A DNA stretch of 64,000 nucleotides from Mobula hypostoma (taxonomy: Eukaryota), in contig NC_086097.1 in NCBI RefSeq assembly GCF_963921235.1, positions 226,302,001-226,366,000 of the forward strand, written 5' to 3'. This document shows, one piece after another, positions 1 through 11,460 of this stretch. Position 1 is the stretch's first letter; every line of letters begins with the position of its first letter. Position numbers and translations under genes: made by a program. Under the pieces are notes generated by a model. That model was not told the origin of the DNA and ran no database searches. It saw only the letters and a list, made by a program, of their open reading frames with translations.

Positions 1-190
1 CAAAGACGTATCATTTGGAAGGTTAATTGGTTACTGTAAACTGTCCTGTGGTTAGGCTCTGATTAAATCAGGGGTTGCTGGGCGGCGTACCTTGAACGGC
101 TGGAAGGGCCTATTCTGTGCTGCATCTCAATAAATAAACAAATAAATAAATAGACAAACAGACAAATAAATAAATAAAAACAAAAATAAA
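1..190 (+). mobile_element. 3' half of a tRNA-derived SINE with CR1-like tail and (AAAT/AAAC)n tail
   Basis: TTAATTGGTTACTGTAAACTGTCC...GGAAGGGCCTATTCTGTGCTG followed by an A-rich microsatellite; the same motifs recur at 55527-56165 and 63075-63335. Confidence 0.7.
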
Positions 191-1402
191 ACTTCACAAA
201 CAAGAAAAAATCTGCAGATGCTGGAAGTCTCAGCCACAGGCACAAAATGCTGGAGGAACTCAGCAGGCCAGGCAGAATCTATAGAAAAGAATACAATCGA
301 CGTTTTGGCCAAAACCCTTCAGTAGGACGGGAGCAAAACATCTGAGGAGCAGGTTTAAAAGGTGGGGGGGAGGGAGGGAGAGAAACTCAAGTTGATAGGT
401 GAAACCTGAAAGGGGAGGGATGAAGTAAAGAGCTGGGAAATTGATTGGTGAAAGAGACAGAAGGCCATAGAAGAAAGAAAAGGGGGAGGAGCACCAGAGG
501 GAGTCGATGGGTGGGCAAGGTGAGGTGAGAGAGGGAAAAGGGGATGGAGAATAGTGAAGTGGTGGGGGGGGTGGAGGAATTACCAGAAGTTCGCGAAATC
601 GATGTTCATGCCATCAGGTTGGAGACTACTCAAACGGAATATAAGGTGTTGTTCCTCCAAACTAAGTGTGGCCTTATCTCAACAGTGGAGGAGGCCATGG
701 ATGGACATATCGGAATGGGAATGGGAAGTGGAATTAAAATGGGTGGCCACTGGGAGAAACCGCTTGTTCAGGCGAACGGAGTGTAGATGCTCGGTGAAGC
801 GGTCTACCAATCTACGTCCGGTTGCTCCAATATACAGGAGGCCACATCAGGAGCACCAGACACAGGAGATGAACCCAACAGACTCAGAGGTGAAGTGTCG
901 CTTCGCCTGGAAGGACTGTTTAAGGCCCTGAAAGGTAGTGAGGGAGGAGGTGCAGGGGCAGGTGTAGCACTTGTTCCACTTGCAAGGATAAGTGCCAGGA
1001 GAGAGATCCGTGGGGAGGGACGAATGGACAAGGGGGTTGCGTAGGAAACGATCCCTGTGGAAAGCAGAAAGTGGGGGGGGGAGGAAAGATGCGTTTGGTG
1101 GTGGGATCCCGTTAGCGTGGTGGGAGGATGGGGTAAGAGCAGACGTGCATGAAATGGAAGAGATGTGGTTGAGGGCAGCATTGATACTGGAGGAAGGAAA
1201 GCCCCTTACTTTGAAAAAGGAGGGCATCTCATTCGTTCTAGAATGAAAAGCCTCATCCTGAGAGCAGATGCAGCAGAGATGGAGGAATTGTGAGAAATGG
1301 ATGGCGTTTTTACAAGTAACAGTGGAAACAAGTATAGTCCAGGTATCTGTGAGAGTCTATGTGTTTACAATAGACATTGGTGGATAAGCTGTCTCCGAAG
1401 AT

Positions 1403-1612
1403 AATAGACAATAGACAATTGGTGCAGGAGTAGGCCATTTGGCCCTTCAAGCCCGCACCGCCATTCACTGTGATCATGGCTGATCATCCACAATCAGTAT
1501 CCAGTTCCTGCCTTCTCCCCATATCCTTTGACTCCACTATCATTAAGAGCTCTATCTAACTCTTTCTTGAAAGCATCTAGAGAATTGGCCTCGACTGCCT
1601 TCTGAGGCAGAG
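1403..1612 (-). mobile_element. CR1 LINE 3' end fragment inserted in the Penelope element
   Basis: Encodes LPQKAVEANSLDAFKKELDRAL..GVKGYGEKAG (CR1 ORF2 C-terminus), then 3' UTR and (ATAGACA)n tail. Confidence 0.85.
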
Positions 1613-2134
1613 CAGTGAGATCGAGAAAGGGGAGGTAGGTGTCAGAGAGGGCAGGGTGGAAGTTGGAGGCAAAGTGGATGAAGTCAACGAGTTCAACGTG
1701 GGTATAGTCATCGACATAACATAGGAAAAGTGTGGGACAGTCACCAGTGTCAGCTTGGAACATAAATTGTTCCGTGTAACCAACAAACAGGCAGGCATAG
1801 CTGGAGCCCATGTGAGTGCCCATGACTGTACCTTTGTTTGAAGGAAGTGCGAAGAGCTAAGGAGAAATTATTTTGTGTGAGGACAAGTTCCACTAGGCGG
1901 AAGAGAGTAGTGGTAGAGGGGAACTAGTTAAGTCTGTGTCCAGAGAAAAATGGAGAGTTTGAGGCCTTCCTGGTAGGGCAGTGGTCCCCAACCACTGGAC
2001 CATGGACCGGTACAGGGCCATAAAGGATGTGCGACCGGTCCACGGGCTGCAGGCCGCGAGGAAACGGTATGATTTGGTGATATGAAACAATACGAGTCAG
2101 CTGCACCTTTCTTCATTCCCTGTCACGCCCACTG

Positions 2135-2548
2135 TTGAACTTTAATGCACGCGAGGTCATCAGTGACCCAAGACGTGCAATGGAATGGGTCCGTGACCCA
2201 TCTGTGAATGTTTCCGGTGAATCTTCCATGTTAGCGCGGGAAAAAGATCAACTCCTCGAGCTTGAAGATGATGGTGGGCTGAAAAGTATGTTTGACATAA
2301 CATCTCTGCCGGCATTCTGGATCAAAGTCAAGGCTGAATATCCTGAGACAGCCACGAAAGCACTGAAAACGTTGCTTCCATTTCCACCATCATATCGTTG
2401 CGAAGCGGCGTTTTCTGCAATGAACGCAACGAAAACTAAATTGTGGAATAGACTGGACATCAGGAACCCCCTTCGAGTATCGCTGTCTCCCATCACCCTT
2501 CAATGGGACCGTCTTGTTGCAGGGAAACAAGCCCAGGGCTCCCACTGA
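2135..2548 (+). pseudogene. hAT transposase C-terminal dimerisation-domain fragment (Buster/ZBED5-like)
   Basis: LPAFWIKVKAEYPETATKALKTLLPFPPSYRCEAAFSAMNATKTKLWNRLD...QAQGSH; N-terminal part deleted. Confidence 0.9.
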
Positions 2549-2674
2549 TTCACCAATATTGGTGTGTTGCAATGATTTTATATGTTCATACGAGGAAAAT
2601 ATGCGCTGTGTGTTTAATATCCAAATGTTACTTAAAATGTTATGATGCTATTGACCTATAAGTGACTTATAATT

Positions 2675-3006
2675 CAGTGGTCCCCAACCTATGGGCTGCA
2701 GAGAATGCAGCAGTACAGCGGTGGCCAGAACGCACCCAGCACACCTTTAAGCAAAAAGCTGAAAGAAACAAGCTAATTAATTAGGTGCCAGCCGGCACGT
2801 AAATGTCGGCCCAGATCAGAGGCAATTGCGGATTGCGTTGTCTCTGATCTGGGCCGACATTTACATGCTGGGCAGCACCTAATCAATTAGCTTGTTTATA
2901 TCGGCTTTTTTCTTAAAGATGTGCTGGGTGCATTCCGGCCACCGCTGTATCACTGCGTTCTTCGCGATAATGTATTGGTCCGTAGCCCAGAGGTTGGGAA
3001 CCACTG
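2675..3006. mobile_element. Palindromic hAT MITE nested in the Charlie element
   Basis: TIRs CAGTGGTCCCCAACCT / AGGTTGGGAACCACTG; exact 8-bp TSD TTATAATT (2667-2674, 3007-3014); long internal inverted arms centred near 2830. Confidence 0.92.
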
Positions 3007-4391
3007 TTATAATTGACTTATCACTATATTCATGCCAGGAAAATATGCGCTCTGTGTTTAATATTAAATTCATCAGATAAACCCCTTTAGAAACGAAATT
3101 GAGTGTATTACCACTTACAAGTGACTTATCACCTATATTCCAGTCGTGATTAACACCCACCCCAGCCCGCACACCGCCCCCCCCCCGGGTCGGCCAGTCC
3201 ACAAGAATACTGTCAATATTAAACTGGTCCGCAGTGCAAAAAAAAGTTGGGGACCCCTGTGGTAGGGGATGGAGGTGTATAGGGACCAGACATCCATAGT
3301 AAAAATAAGATGATGGGGGCCAGGGAACCTGAAATCACTGAAAAGATCCAGAGCGTGTGAAGTGTCACGGATGTAGGTAGGAAGGGACTGAACTTGGGGG
3401 ATAAAACAGAGTCAAGGTATGCAGATATGAGTCCAGTGGGGCAGGAACAAGCTGAAACAATGGGTCTACCTGGACAAGCAGGTTTGTGATCTTGGGTAGG
3501 AGGTAGAAATGGGAAGTGCAGGGTGCGGGAACTATGAGGTTGGTGGCAGTGGACGAGAGATCCCCAGGGTCAATAATGTTGGTGATGGTGTGGCAGACAA
3601 TGGCCTGGTGCTCGTTAGTGGGGTCCTGTTTGAGAAGAAAGTAAGAGGAGGTGTCTGAGTGTTGGCGCTGGGCCTCAGCAAGGTAGGGGTCCATGCGCTA
3701 GACTGCTACAGTACCTCCCCATCTGCGTGCTTGATGGTGAGGTTAGAATTGATGCAGAGGGAGTAGAGCCGAGCGTTCGGAAGGAGTGAGGCTGGAATAG
3801 GAGAGAGGGGTGTTGAAGTCTTGGTGGTTGATGTCCTGTCAACAGTTGGCAATGAAAAGGTCCAGACAGGCAGAAAACCAAGGCGGTGTCTAGGAAGAGG
3901 AGGAGGGTTGGCCAGACTTCACCAGATGTGGGAAGAGGAGGAAGGGTAGAATGTCCTCAGCAAGAAGTCATGCCTATCAAGGACTTCCTGGGAGAAATTC
4001 TTGTACAACCATTTCAGCACAACAATGGGATTCAGCAAGGATGCCATCGCTGAAATACGTGGGCTGATTAGACACAGTGATACATCATAGGACCTTGCAA
4101 GACAATCTTAAGGTTAAACATATAGGGGCTAGTTGTTGATCACAATTTCCTCACTTTTTTTCTCACACTATTCCATTAATCTCCCAACAATTTTAGAATC
4201 TGAAATGAAAAATTGTATCTGTAAATGTAATAACGTTAAATTTCTGCAGAATATCATCGAACCTCCTCTAACCTCCAAGGTAAATGCCCTTAACACAAAA
4301 TATTGATGTACTCAAAACTTAAAAAGTTAGCTTGACCTGAGATCTTTCAGCACTGTTAATCTCCAATTTGTATGATAGGAAGCTACAGGTG

Positions 4392-5450
4392 AAGCAACAC
4401 ACACAAAATGCTGGAGGAACTCAGCAGGTCAGGCAGCATCTATGGATAGGAATAAGCAATCGATGTTTCAAGCTGAGACGCTTCATCAGTACTGGAAAGG
4501 AAGGGGGAGGAGACCAGAAAAAAGGTGGGGGAGGGGAAAGAGTTCAAGCTGACAGTAAGAAGGTACAGGAGCCTGTGGATCTACACCACCAGGTTCAGGA
4601 ACAGTTATTACCCTATAACCATAAGACTGTTGAACCAGAGAGGATAACATCACTCAGTTTCACTAGGCCCATCACTGAACTGTTCACACAACCTATAGAC
4701 TGCCTTTCAAGGACTTTTTCTTGACTCATTCAAGGACTCATTTTCTTGATATACATTGCTTATTTATTTATTTTCTTGTTTTGTATTTGCATAGTTTATT
4801 GTCTTTTCCACATTGGTTGTTATCCACCCTACTGGGGGCAGTCTTTCATTGATTCTATCGTGTTTCTATATTTGCTGTGAATGCCTGCAGGTAAATTAAT
4901 CTCAGGATTCTATATGGTGACAAATATGAACTCTGATAATAAATTAACTTTGAACTTTGAAACCAGGTGGGGAAAAAAGGGGGGTAAGTGGGGGAAGAGA
5001 GATAAAGGGAGAAGCTGGGAGGTGTTAGGTGCAGGAGGTTAAAGGTTGAAGGAGGAATCTGATCAGAGAGGAAATTGAACATGGGAGAACAGGAAGGAGG
5101 AAGAGCATCAGCTTGAGGTGACGAACAGATGAGGAGAAGAGAGAGGATAAGTGAGAGACAAAAATGGGGAATGGAAAAAGAAAGGTGGAGAGGAGAGATA
5201 GTACCAAATGTTAGAGAACTTGATGTTCATGCCATCAGCTAGGAGACCACCAGAAAGTTGTTGCTCCTCCAATCAATACTGCCTCATTGATGCAGTAGGA
5301 GAAGCCATACAGTGACATGTCAGAATGGGAATGGGAAGTAGAATTAAAATGGGTGGCCTCGGGAAATCCTGCCTTTTGTGGCGGATAGAGCAAAGGTGCT
5401 TAACAAAGTGGGCCCACAGATTATGTCGGGTCTTACCCATATAGAGAGTA
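4392..5450 (-). mobile_element. Penelope-like 3' fragment (GIY-YIG remnant + terminal repeat with hammerhead motif at ~4457-4494), split by a Rex1-like insertion
   Basis: Homologous to 196-840; LYMGKTRHNLWAHFVKHL peptide (5273-5485); minus strand reads CAGTA-CTGATGA-AGCGTCTCAGCTT-GAAA-CATC-GATTG. Confidence 0.8.
4558..4960 (+). mobile_element. Rex1/Babar-like LINE 3' end
   Basis: AGGTACAGGAGCCTG..CACCACCAGGTTCAGGAACAGTTATTACCC (RRYRSL..TTRFRNSYYP-type C-terminus), tail AATAAA..(CTTTGAA)n; many related copies in the window. Confidence 0.7.
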
Positions 5451-6280
5451 CAGATGAAGTAAAATGTAATAACAGACTGATTCATTCTCGTGTATCTGAC
5501 AGGATCTCACCATCAGATAGGCATTAAAAAATAATATCATTCCCTAATAAATGATTCTTGTGGTGTATTTCTATTAAGCTGGTCCACATTAAGGAAATTA
5601 CTACCATAGATTCAACTCCATGATACCAACATCTCCCCTGATGTGCACAAATCTTGAATGGCCCACAGTCTGATTCCATGGCAACACAGGATCAAAAGCT
5701 AGTCTCTAAAATGGCCCAAACCCTGACCTCCATCCTCACCGTGATCTCCAGCCATGAAATCCCCTGATCCCCCAAGGACAACACCTGAGGCTCCAATGTC
5801 TACCTGCCCACTCAACCCTGGTCTCAATCCTGACTGTTTCTCCCTAAGCTCTGATCCTGATCACCACCAAATTCCCTCAGATCATTAACCCATTCGTGAT
5901 TGTTGGCCCGATCCATCCTGCTGCTCTTCCTAGCCTGTCTCCCCCAACCGCAAGGATCCAGTGATAGCTATCAAGTTTCCACTCACAACTCAAGTTCTTC
6001 TTGGCTTTTCAGCTACAGGTCAATAACTGAAGTGATCATTGGATATGAGCTGGAAGGGTATCAAGCAATATGAGGTTAATGTAGGAATGTGATACTGAGC
6101 TAAATGAGAAGTCATAATCATCTGCTCAAGGTGGTGCATGGACTATTCCTGTTTCTGGTTTGTAATGTTAATGGCATGTTGAACAAAGACACTCTAGTGC
6201 AGCTGAACTGACATTACAAATTCTAGTTGTCTGACTCAAGCTCACCAAATGCGAAGGTTTGCTAATTAGGCTTGATAGTT

Positions 6281-8160
6281 TAGAATCAATATCGCGTTTA
6301 TTGTCACTGACACGTGTCATGAAATATTATGTTTTGTGACAGCAGTACAGTGCAAGACGTAAACATGATTATAAGTTGCAAAGAATAAATAAATAATGCC
6401 GAAGAAGAATAGTATGGGAGTGTTCATGGGTTCATGGATGGTTTAGAAATATGATGGTGGAAAGGAGAAAGCTGTTCCTAAAATATTCAGTGTGTGTCTT
6501 CAGGTTCTTGTACCTCCTTCCTGATGATAGTAAAAGGAAGAAGGCCTATCTCTGATAGTCAGAGTTTTTAATGATGGATCCCGCAATCTTGAGGGACCGT
6601 CTTTGGAACATGTCCTCAATGGAGGGGAGGATTGTGCCTGTAATGGATCTGGCTAAGTCTACAACCCTCCGTAGCCTCTTTCAATCCTGCACATTGGAGC
6701 CTCCATACAGACAGTGATTCAGCCAATCAGAATGCTCTCTGCTGTACATCTGTAGAAACTTGCTAGTCTTCAGTAACAACCAAAATCTGCTCAAGTGAAG
6801 TACAGTGCTGGCGTACTTTCTTCACGATTGCATCAATGTGTTGGGCCCAGGATGGATCCTCTGAAAAACTGACACCCAGAAACTTAGAGCTGCTTGAACG
6901 ATCATTCTCCTGCACAACACCTCATCACGATCCTAGATTTCGCCAACATGTGTTGTTATTGGTGAATTTATAGTTGCCGTTTTAGCTGTACCTAGCCAGA
7001 TGGTTTTGTGTGTAGAGAGAGCAGAACAGTGGGCGAAGCACACATCCTTGAGATATGGCTATGCTGATTGTCAGCAAGGAGGAGATGTTATTATCAATCC
7101 TCCCTGACTGTGGTTTCCCAATGAGGTAGTCAAGTATCCAATTGTAGAGAGGGGTTCAAATATCGAACCTTGTTAATTACCTCTGAGGGAATGATGGTGT
7201 TTAATGGTGAGCTGTAACCAATAAATAGCAGCTTGAAGTAGATATTGCTGTCGTCCTGGTGATCCAAGGCTAACTGGAGAGCCCGTGAGATTGCACCTGC
7301 TGTAGACCTATTGTGGAGCTAGACAAATTGCTTTGGGACCAGGTCCTTGCTCAAGCAGGAGTTAATTCTAGCCATGACCAACTTCTCAAAGCACTTCATC
7401 ACAGTAGATGTGAGTGCTACCAGGTGATAGCCGTTGAGCAGCTCATACTGCTCTTCTTGGACACTGGAATGATTGAAGCAGGTAGGAATCTCTGACTGCA
7501 TCACTCAGAGATTTAAAATGTCCTTGAACTCTCCAGCCAGTTTGTTACCGTAGGTTTTCAGTGCCCTGCCAGGTACCCCATCGGGGCTTGACACCTTGTG
7601 AGTGGTCACCCTCTTGAAGTATGTTCTAATGTCAGGCTCTGAGACAGAGGTCACAGAGACACCAGATGTTATGGAAATTAAAAGACATTGAGCTTGTTGG
7701 GGAATGAGGTATCACTGCCATTTGTGTTGTTGGGTTTTACATGCCTCTGCCAGACACTTGTGTATCCAACTGGGTCTCTAACTTCACATGGAATTACCTT
7801 TTTACTCTTACAGTTGTGCCTGGGCATTTTGTAGAGTTCTGTGTCACCAGTCATCTGTGTCATCAGAGATCTAGCCCGCAGCAGACTGTGAATTTCCTGT
7901 TTCATCCAGGGGTTTTTCTGCTTTGGTTATGTTCTGTATGTTCTCAAAAGCACACAGTCATCCAGACAGGTCTTGATGAAGCTGGTGATAACTGTGATGT
8001 ATACATATCTAAAGATGAATCCCTGAATATGGTGCAGTCCACTAATTTAAATCAGTCCTGTAAGCTCTCCTATACTTCCTTTGATCATATCTTCGTAGTC
8101 CTCACCACTGATGTTGCATTCCTCAGTTTGTGCCTATATGCAGGAGTAGAAGTACAGGCA
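6281..8160 (-). mobile_element. Rex1/Babar-like LINE, decayed RT region + 3' end
   Basis: LNGYHLVALTSTVMKCFEKLVMARINSCL (7319-7504), WMKQEIHSLLRARS (7678-7905), 3' UTR/tail near 6281. Confidence 0.8.
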
Positions 8161-8621
8161 ATTGATCAAACTTCCCAAAGAGTTTACATCTTGCAATCCA
8201 GTTTTCTCTTATCCTGCTCAAATTTACATATTATCTTCCAGCATTAGAGATATTTTCAGCACAGCAGCTGTACACAGTGCATCATCAGAATCTTTTGACA
8301 TAAACAAACCAATGAATTGTAAACTTCAGAGGAAGAGATGAAAGCACATTTATAACTCTTCAGTCATCTGGAAAAGTCATGTTTCTCCAGTCTGCCGCAT
8401 AAACAGCTAGATTGCAATATTTACCCAATGGACAGTACACACAGTTACTGACGCAAAACTCTTACCTGTACCAAGGCATTTTCCAGGCAGTAAAATATTT
8501 ATGCCCTGCTATGCTCTATGTTACATTGTACTGTACCAGTGGTAGAAGTTAAGACAGCAAGAGAAAGTTTTCTTTGATTGTGGTACTTGCTGATATTAAA
8601 TAGTCCTTGCATATGGCTGTG

Positions 8622-9040
8622 TGTGAGAGAGCTTTAAGTTCCTAGCAGTGAACATCACCTATAGCCTGCCCTGGTGCAACCACATAGATGCCGCAGCCAA
8701 GGAAGCTCACCAAAACTTCTACTTCCTCAGGAGGCTAAAGAAATTTGGCATGTCCCCATTGACTCTTACCAATTTTTATTAATACACCATCAAAAGCATT
8801 CCGTCTGGATGCCTAGTGGCTTGTTGTGGCAACTGATTTTCAAGTCACTGCAAGAAAATGCAGAGTGTTGTGGACAGAGATCAGCACATTACGGAAACCA
8901 ACCTCCCCTCTATGGACTCTGTGCTATAATTCTTATTGCCTCAGTAAAGCAATCAACTTAATCAAAGACCCTACCCACCGCAGACATTCTCTCTTCTCCC
9001 CTTTCCTATTGGGCAGAAGATAAAAAGCCTGAAAGCTTGG
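8622..9040 (+). mobile_element. Rex1/Babar-like LINE RT C-terminal fragment
   Basis: FKFLAVNIT..KEAHQNFYFLRRLKKFG and KAINLIKDPTHRRHSLFSPFLLGRR peptides. Confidence 0.75.
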
Positions 9041-9135
9041 AACTTGTGAAGGTAATAAGCCAATACCAATACCAAAAAATAGTAGTTGTATTTATACCCC
9101 AGACATGCTTTAAGTCTGATAATGCTAAAAACAAC

Positions 9136-9287
9136 ACACATCAACACACATCAGTCCTGACGAAGGGTCTCAGCCTGAAACGTCGACTGCACCTCTTCCT
9201 ACAGATGCTGCCTGGCCTGCTGCGTTCACCAGCAACTTTGATGTGTGTTGCTTGAATTTCCAGCATCTGCAGAATTCCTTTTGTTTG
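9136..9287 (+). mobile_element. Short non-autonomous Penelope-terminal-repeat element carrying a hammerhead ribozyme
   Basis: Reverse-complement homologue of 196-330; flanked by exact 14-bp TSD ATGCTAAAAACAAC (9122-9135, 9288-9301). Confidence 0.88.
9152..9189 (+). ncRNA. Minimal type I hammerhead ribozyme (Penelope-associated); predicted cleavage after C9184
   Basis: CAGTC-CTGACGA-AGG(GTCTCAG)CCT-GAAA-CGTC-GACTG: stem I CAGTC/GACTG, core CUGANGA and GAAA, stem II AGG/CCU, GUC triplet, loopless palindromic stem III ACGU. Confidence 0.82.
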
Positions 9288-9350
9288 ATGCTAAAAACAA
9301 CTACTTCTTGTATTATTGCAATTAATAATGTAAAAAATCACCAGGTGAAA

Positions 9351-9640
9351 TATAGTCATAGTCATACTTTATTGATCCCGAGGGAAATTGGTTTTTGTTA
9401 CAGTTGCACCATAAATAATAAATAGTAATAGAACCATAAATAGTTAAATAGTAATATGTAAATTACGAAATAAGTCCAGGACCAGCCTATTGGCTCAGGG
9501 TGTCTGACCCTCCAAGGGAGGAGTTGTAAAGTTTGATGGCCACAGGCAGGAATGACTTCCTATGATGGTCTGTGTTGCATCTCGGTGGAATGAGTCTCTG
9601 GCTGAATGTACTCCTGTGCCCAACCAGTACATTATGTAGT
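9351..9640 (-). mobile_element. Rex1/L2-like LINE 3' end
   Basis: (ATAGTC)n ATACTTTATTGATCCC tail; minus strand ends in RHRKSFLPVAIKLYNSS-type C-terminus. Confidence 0.65.
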
Positions 9641-11229
9641 ATATCTTATATATATATAAATATATATATCTTAAAAACTGAAATCAAGCCATATAAAGAT
9701 TTGAGGACAAGAAGCTGGAGCTCAGATAAAGAGATAGTTTTAAAGTAATGATTGAATAATTTTCTCTTACTTCTGCATTACATGCTTGCATTGATTTTTT
9801 TTTCTCAGTTCTCCATGTATCTGATGTATATATACAGTGAGGTCTCTCGATATGCACAATGGTGTCAGTTTGCAAGCAATGCATGATTAACCTCACAAAT
9901 TTTATACAGAAGGTTCAGGCGTCAAATGCACAAACAAATGTTAAATAGATAAACAAATCCTGGTCCTGTGCTACTATTAGACCCTGCCTCTGCTTGGGCC
10001 TCTGACAGGAAATACAGCAGTACAAATTTGTGCAGGATGGGTCATTTTCCCTAAACTAAAATTCTGCCATCAGATTCTTGGATATTCCCCTCCTATCCCA
10101 CACCAATGATCCAAATCACTATGTTCTCAAAGCTCCTTCAAGTATGATTTCCACTTCACCAACCACCATAACCTCTCACACCAACTCTTAGCAATTCCAT
10201 CACTACAATTGTTCATCTGTCCCCTACCTCACAATATTATTCTCACTTTCTTCATTCTGACCCCTGATCTCCCTTGTTCTCCATCTGAATTTCTCCTCCG
10301 TCCCAATTCATAATTTGTTCCTGCTCACAGATCATCTCCCCCATCAGTCTCCTCCCCAGTCCATCCTAATTTTCCCTCCAGTTTTTTTCTGTCCAACTCC
10401 TTACAAATGCGATCTTGGCAATATTCCCCCAATCTATTCTCTCCACATGATTTTCTCGCCACACTCTGATCTCCTCCTGTATGATCATCTCCACCCTCAT
10501 TTAATTCTCTACCCCGAAGAAAAACTTTATGCTTTTATCCTCTTCCAGATTTTCTGATTCAATAATTTCACTGTTTTCTAACCTTTTACGCCCCCCCCCC
10601 ATCCCCGAGTCTGAACTTCTCCTAGCATCCCGGTCTTCTCTGGCTCCTACCAATCCTTTTCCACTTCTTTGATCCTTTTCTATTCTCGGTATCCCGCCTG
10701 CCCCTCCACCCCCACCAATCCTCTCCTTAGGCCATGGTAAGGAGTTACGGGGTTAAGACTTAACCCAAGGCTTCCACATGAACCTTTGTTCAAGCTATGG
10801 AATGGACAATACTAAGGCACAGCTTGCAGGATGTCCATTCAAGGGGAAGTTCCCACTCATAATCACCCAAAAGAATATAACTATCAAGTAGTTTTGAGAA
10901 CATGTGCAAGTTTTCTCCTCAACATAATGGAAGAATGTGTTGATGATATCTTGCATTACCTACCTTCAGCTTCCACCTGTGTCTAAGTTTTCAATTTTGA
11001 GCAATCTCCAAAAATGTTCTCTAATTAAAGACCAAAATTATTGCCTGTCATCATCGGCACCAAAGTAAATTCTGTTCTCTAGTTTTGTTTCATATGCTTC
11101 ATTGAATTCTGGACCATATATACACACCGTCTATAAGTGCCCATTTCTACTTCTGTAACACCCACAGATTCAATGCCTGCTTCAACTTCTTCACGATTTT
11201 CCAGAACTCAGAATTAACAATTCCTATAC

Positions 11230-11460
11230 ATTCTTCAGTCAACTCTGCATTCACTTAAAAAAAGCAAATCTGAGCTGTCCATGGCTTCACTTGCACCAAG
11301 CCATTAGCCATCCATCTCTCTGTTTAATGTCCCACAGCCCTAACTTCAGCAATGACTGTTTCAGAACCATCCTACTTGTTTTCACAGTCCTCCATGGTCT
11401 CACCTCTCTCTTTCACTGGAATTTCTTCCAAGCCTATAAGCCACTCAAGTTTCTTTCACC
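11230..11460 (+). mobile_element. Ancient L2 LINE ORF2 C-terminal relic
   Basis: FRTILLVFTVLHGLTSLFHWNFFQAYKP resembles the L2 FKILLLVFKSLHGLAPxYL..QPYxP motif. Confidence 0.45.

Larger units (their letters stand above)
1979..3259 (+). mobile_element. Internally deleted hAT (Charlie/Buster-type) DNA transposon
   Basis: TIRs CAGTGGTCCCCAAC / GTTGGGGACCCCTG; exact 8-bp TSD TGGTAGGG at 1971-1978 and 3260-3267. Confidence 0.92.
196..3945 (-). mobile_element. Penelope-like retroelement (RT + GIY-YIG endonuclease), decayed, interrupted by CR1 and hAT insertions; 3' terminal repeat at ~196-560
   Basis: Minus-strand peptides: AEAQRQHSDTSSY..FYLLPKI (3365-3694), MGTHMGSSYACLFVGY..CYVDD (RT core, 1494-1823), PGTYPCKWNKCYTC..CVWCS followed by LLYIGATGRRLVDRFTEHL (GIY-YIG, ~780-1000). 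Confidence 0.9.

Noticed and set aside
7741..8247. 168-aa plus-strand ORF
   Set aside because: Antisense to a decayed Rex1-like LINE.
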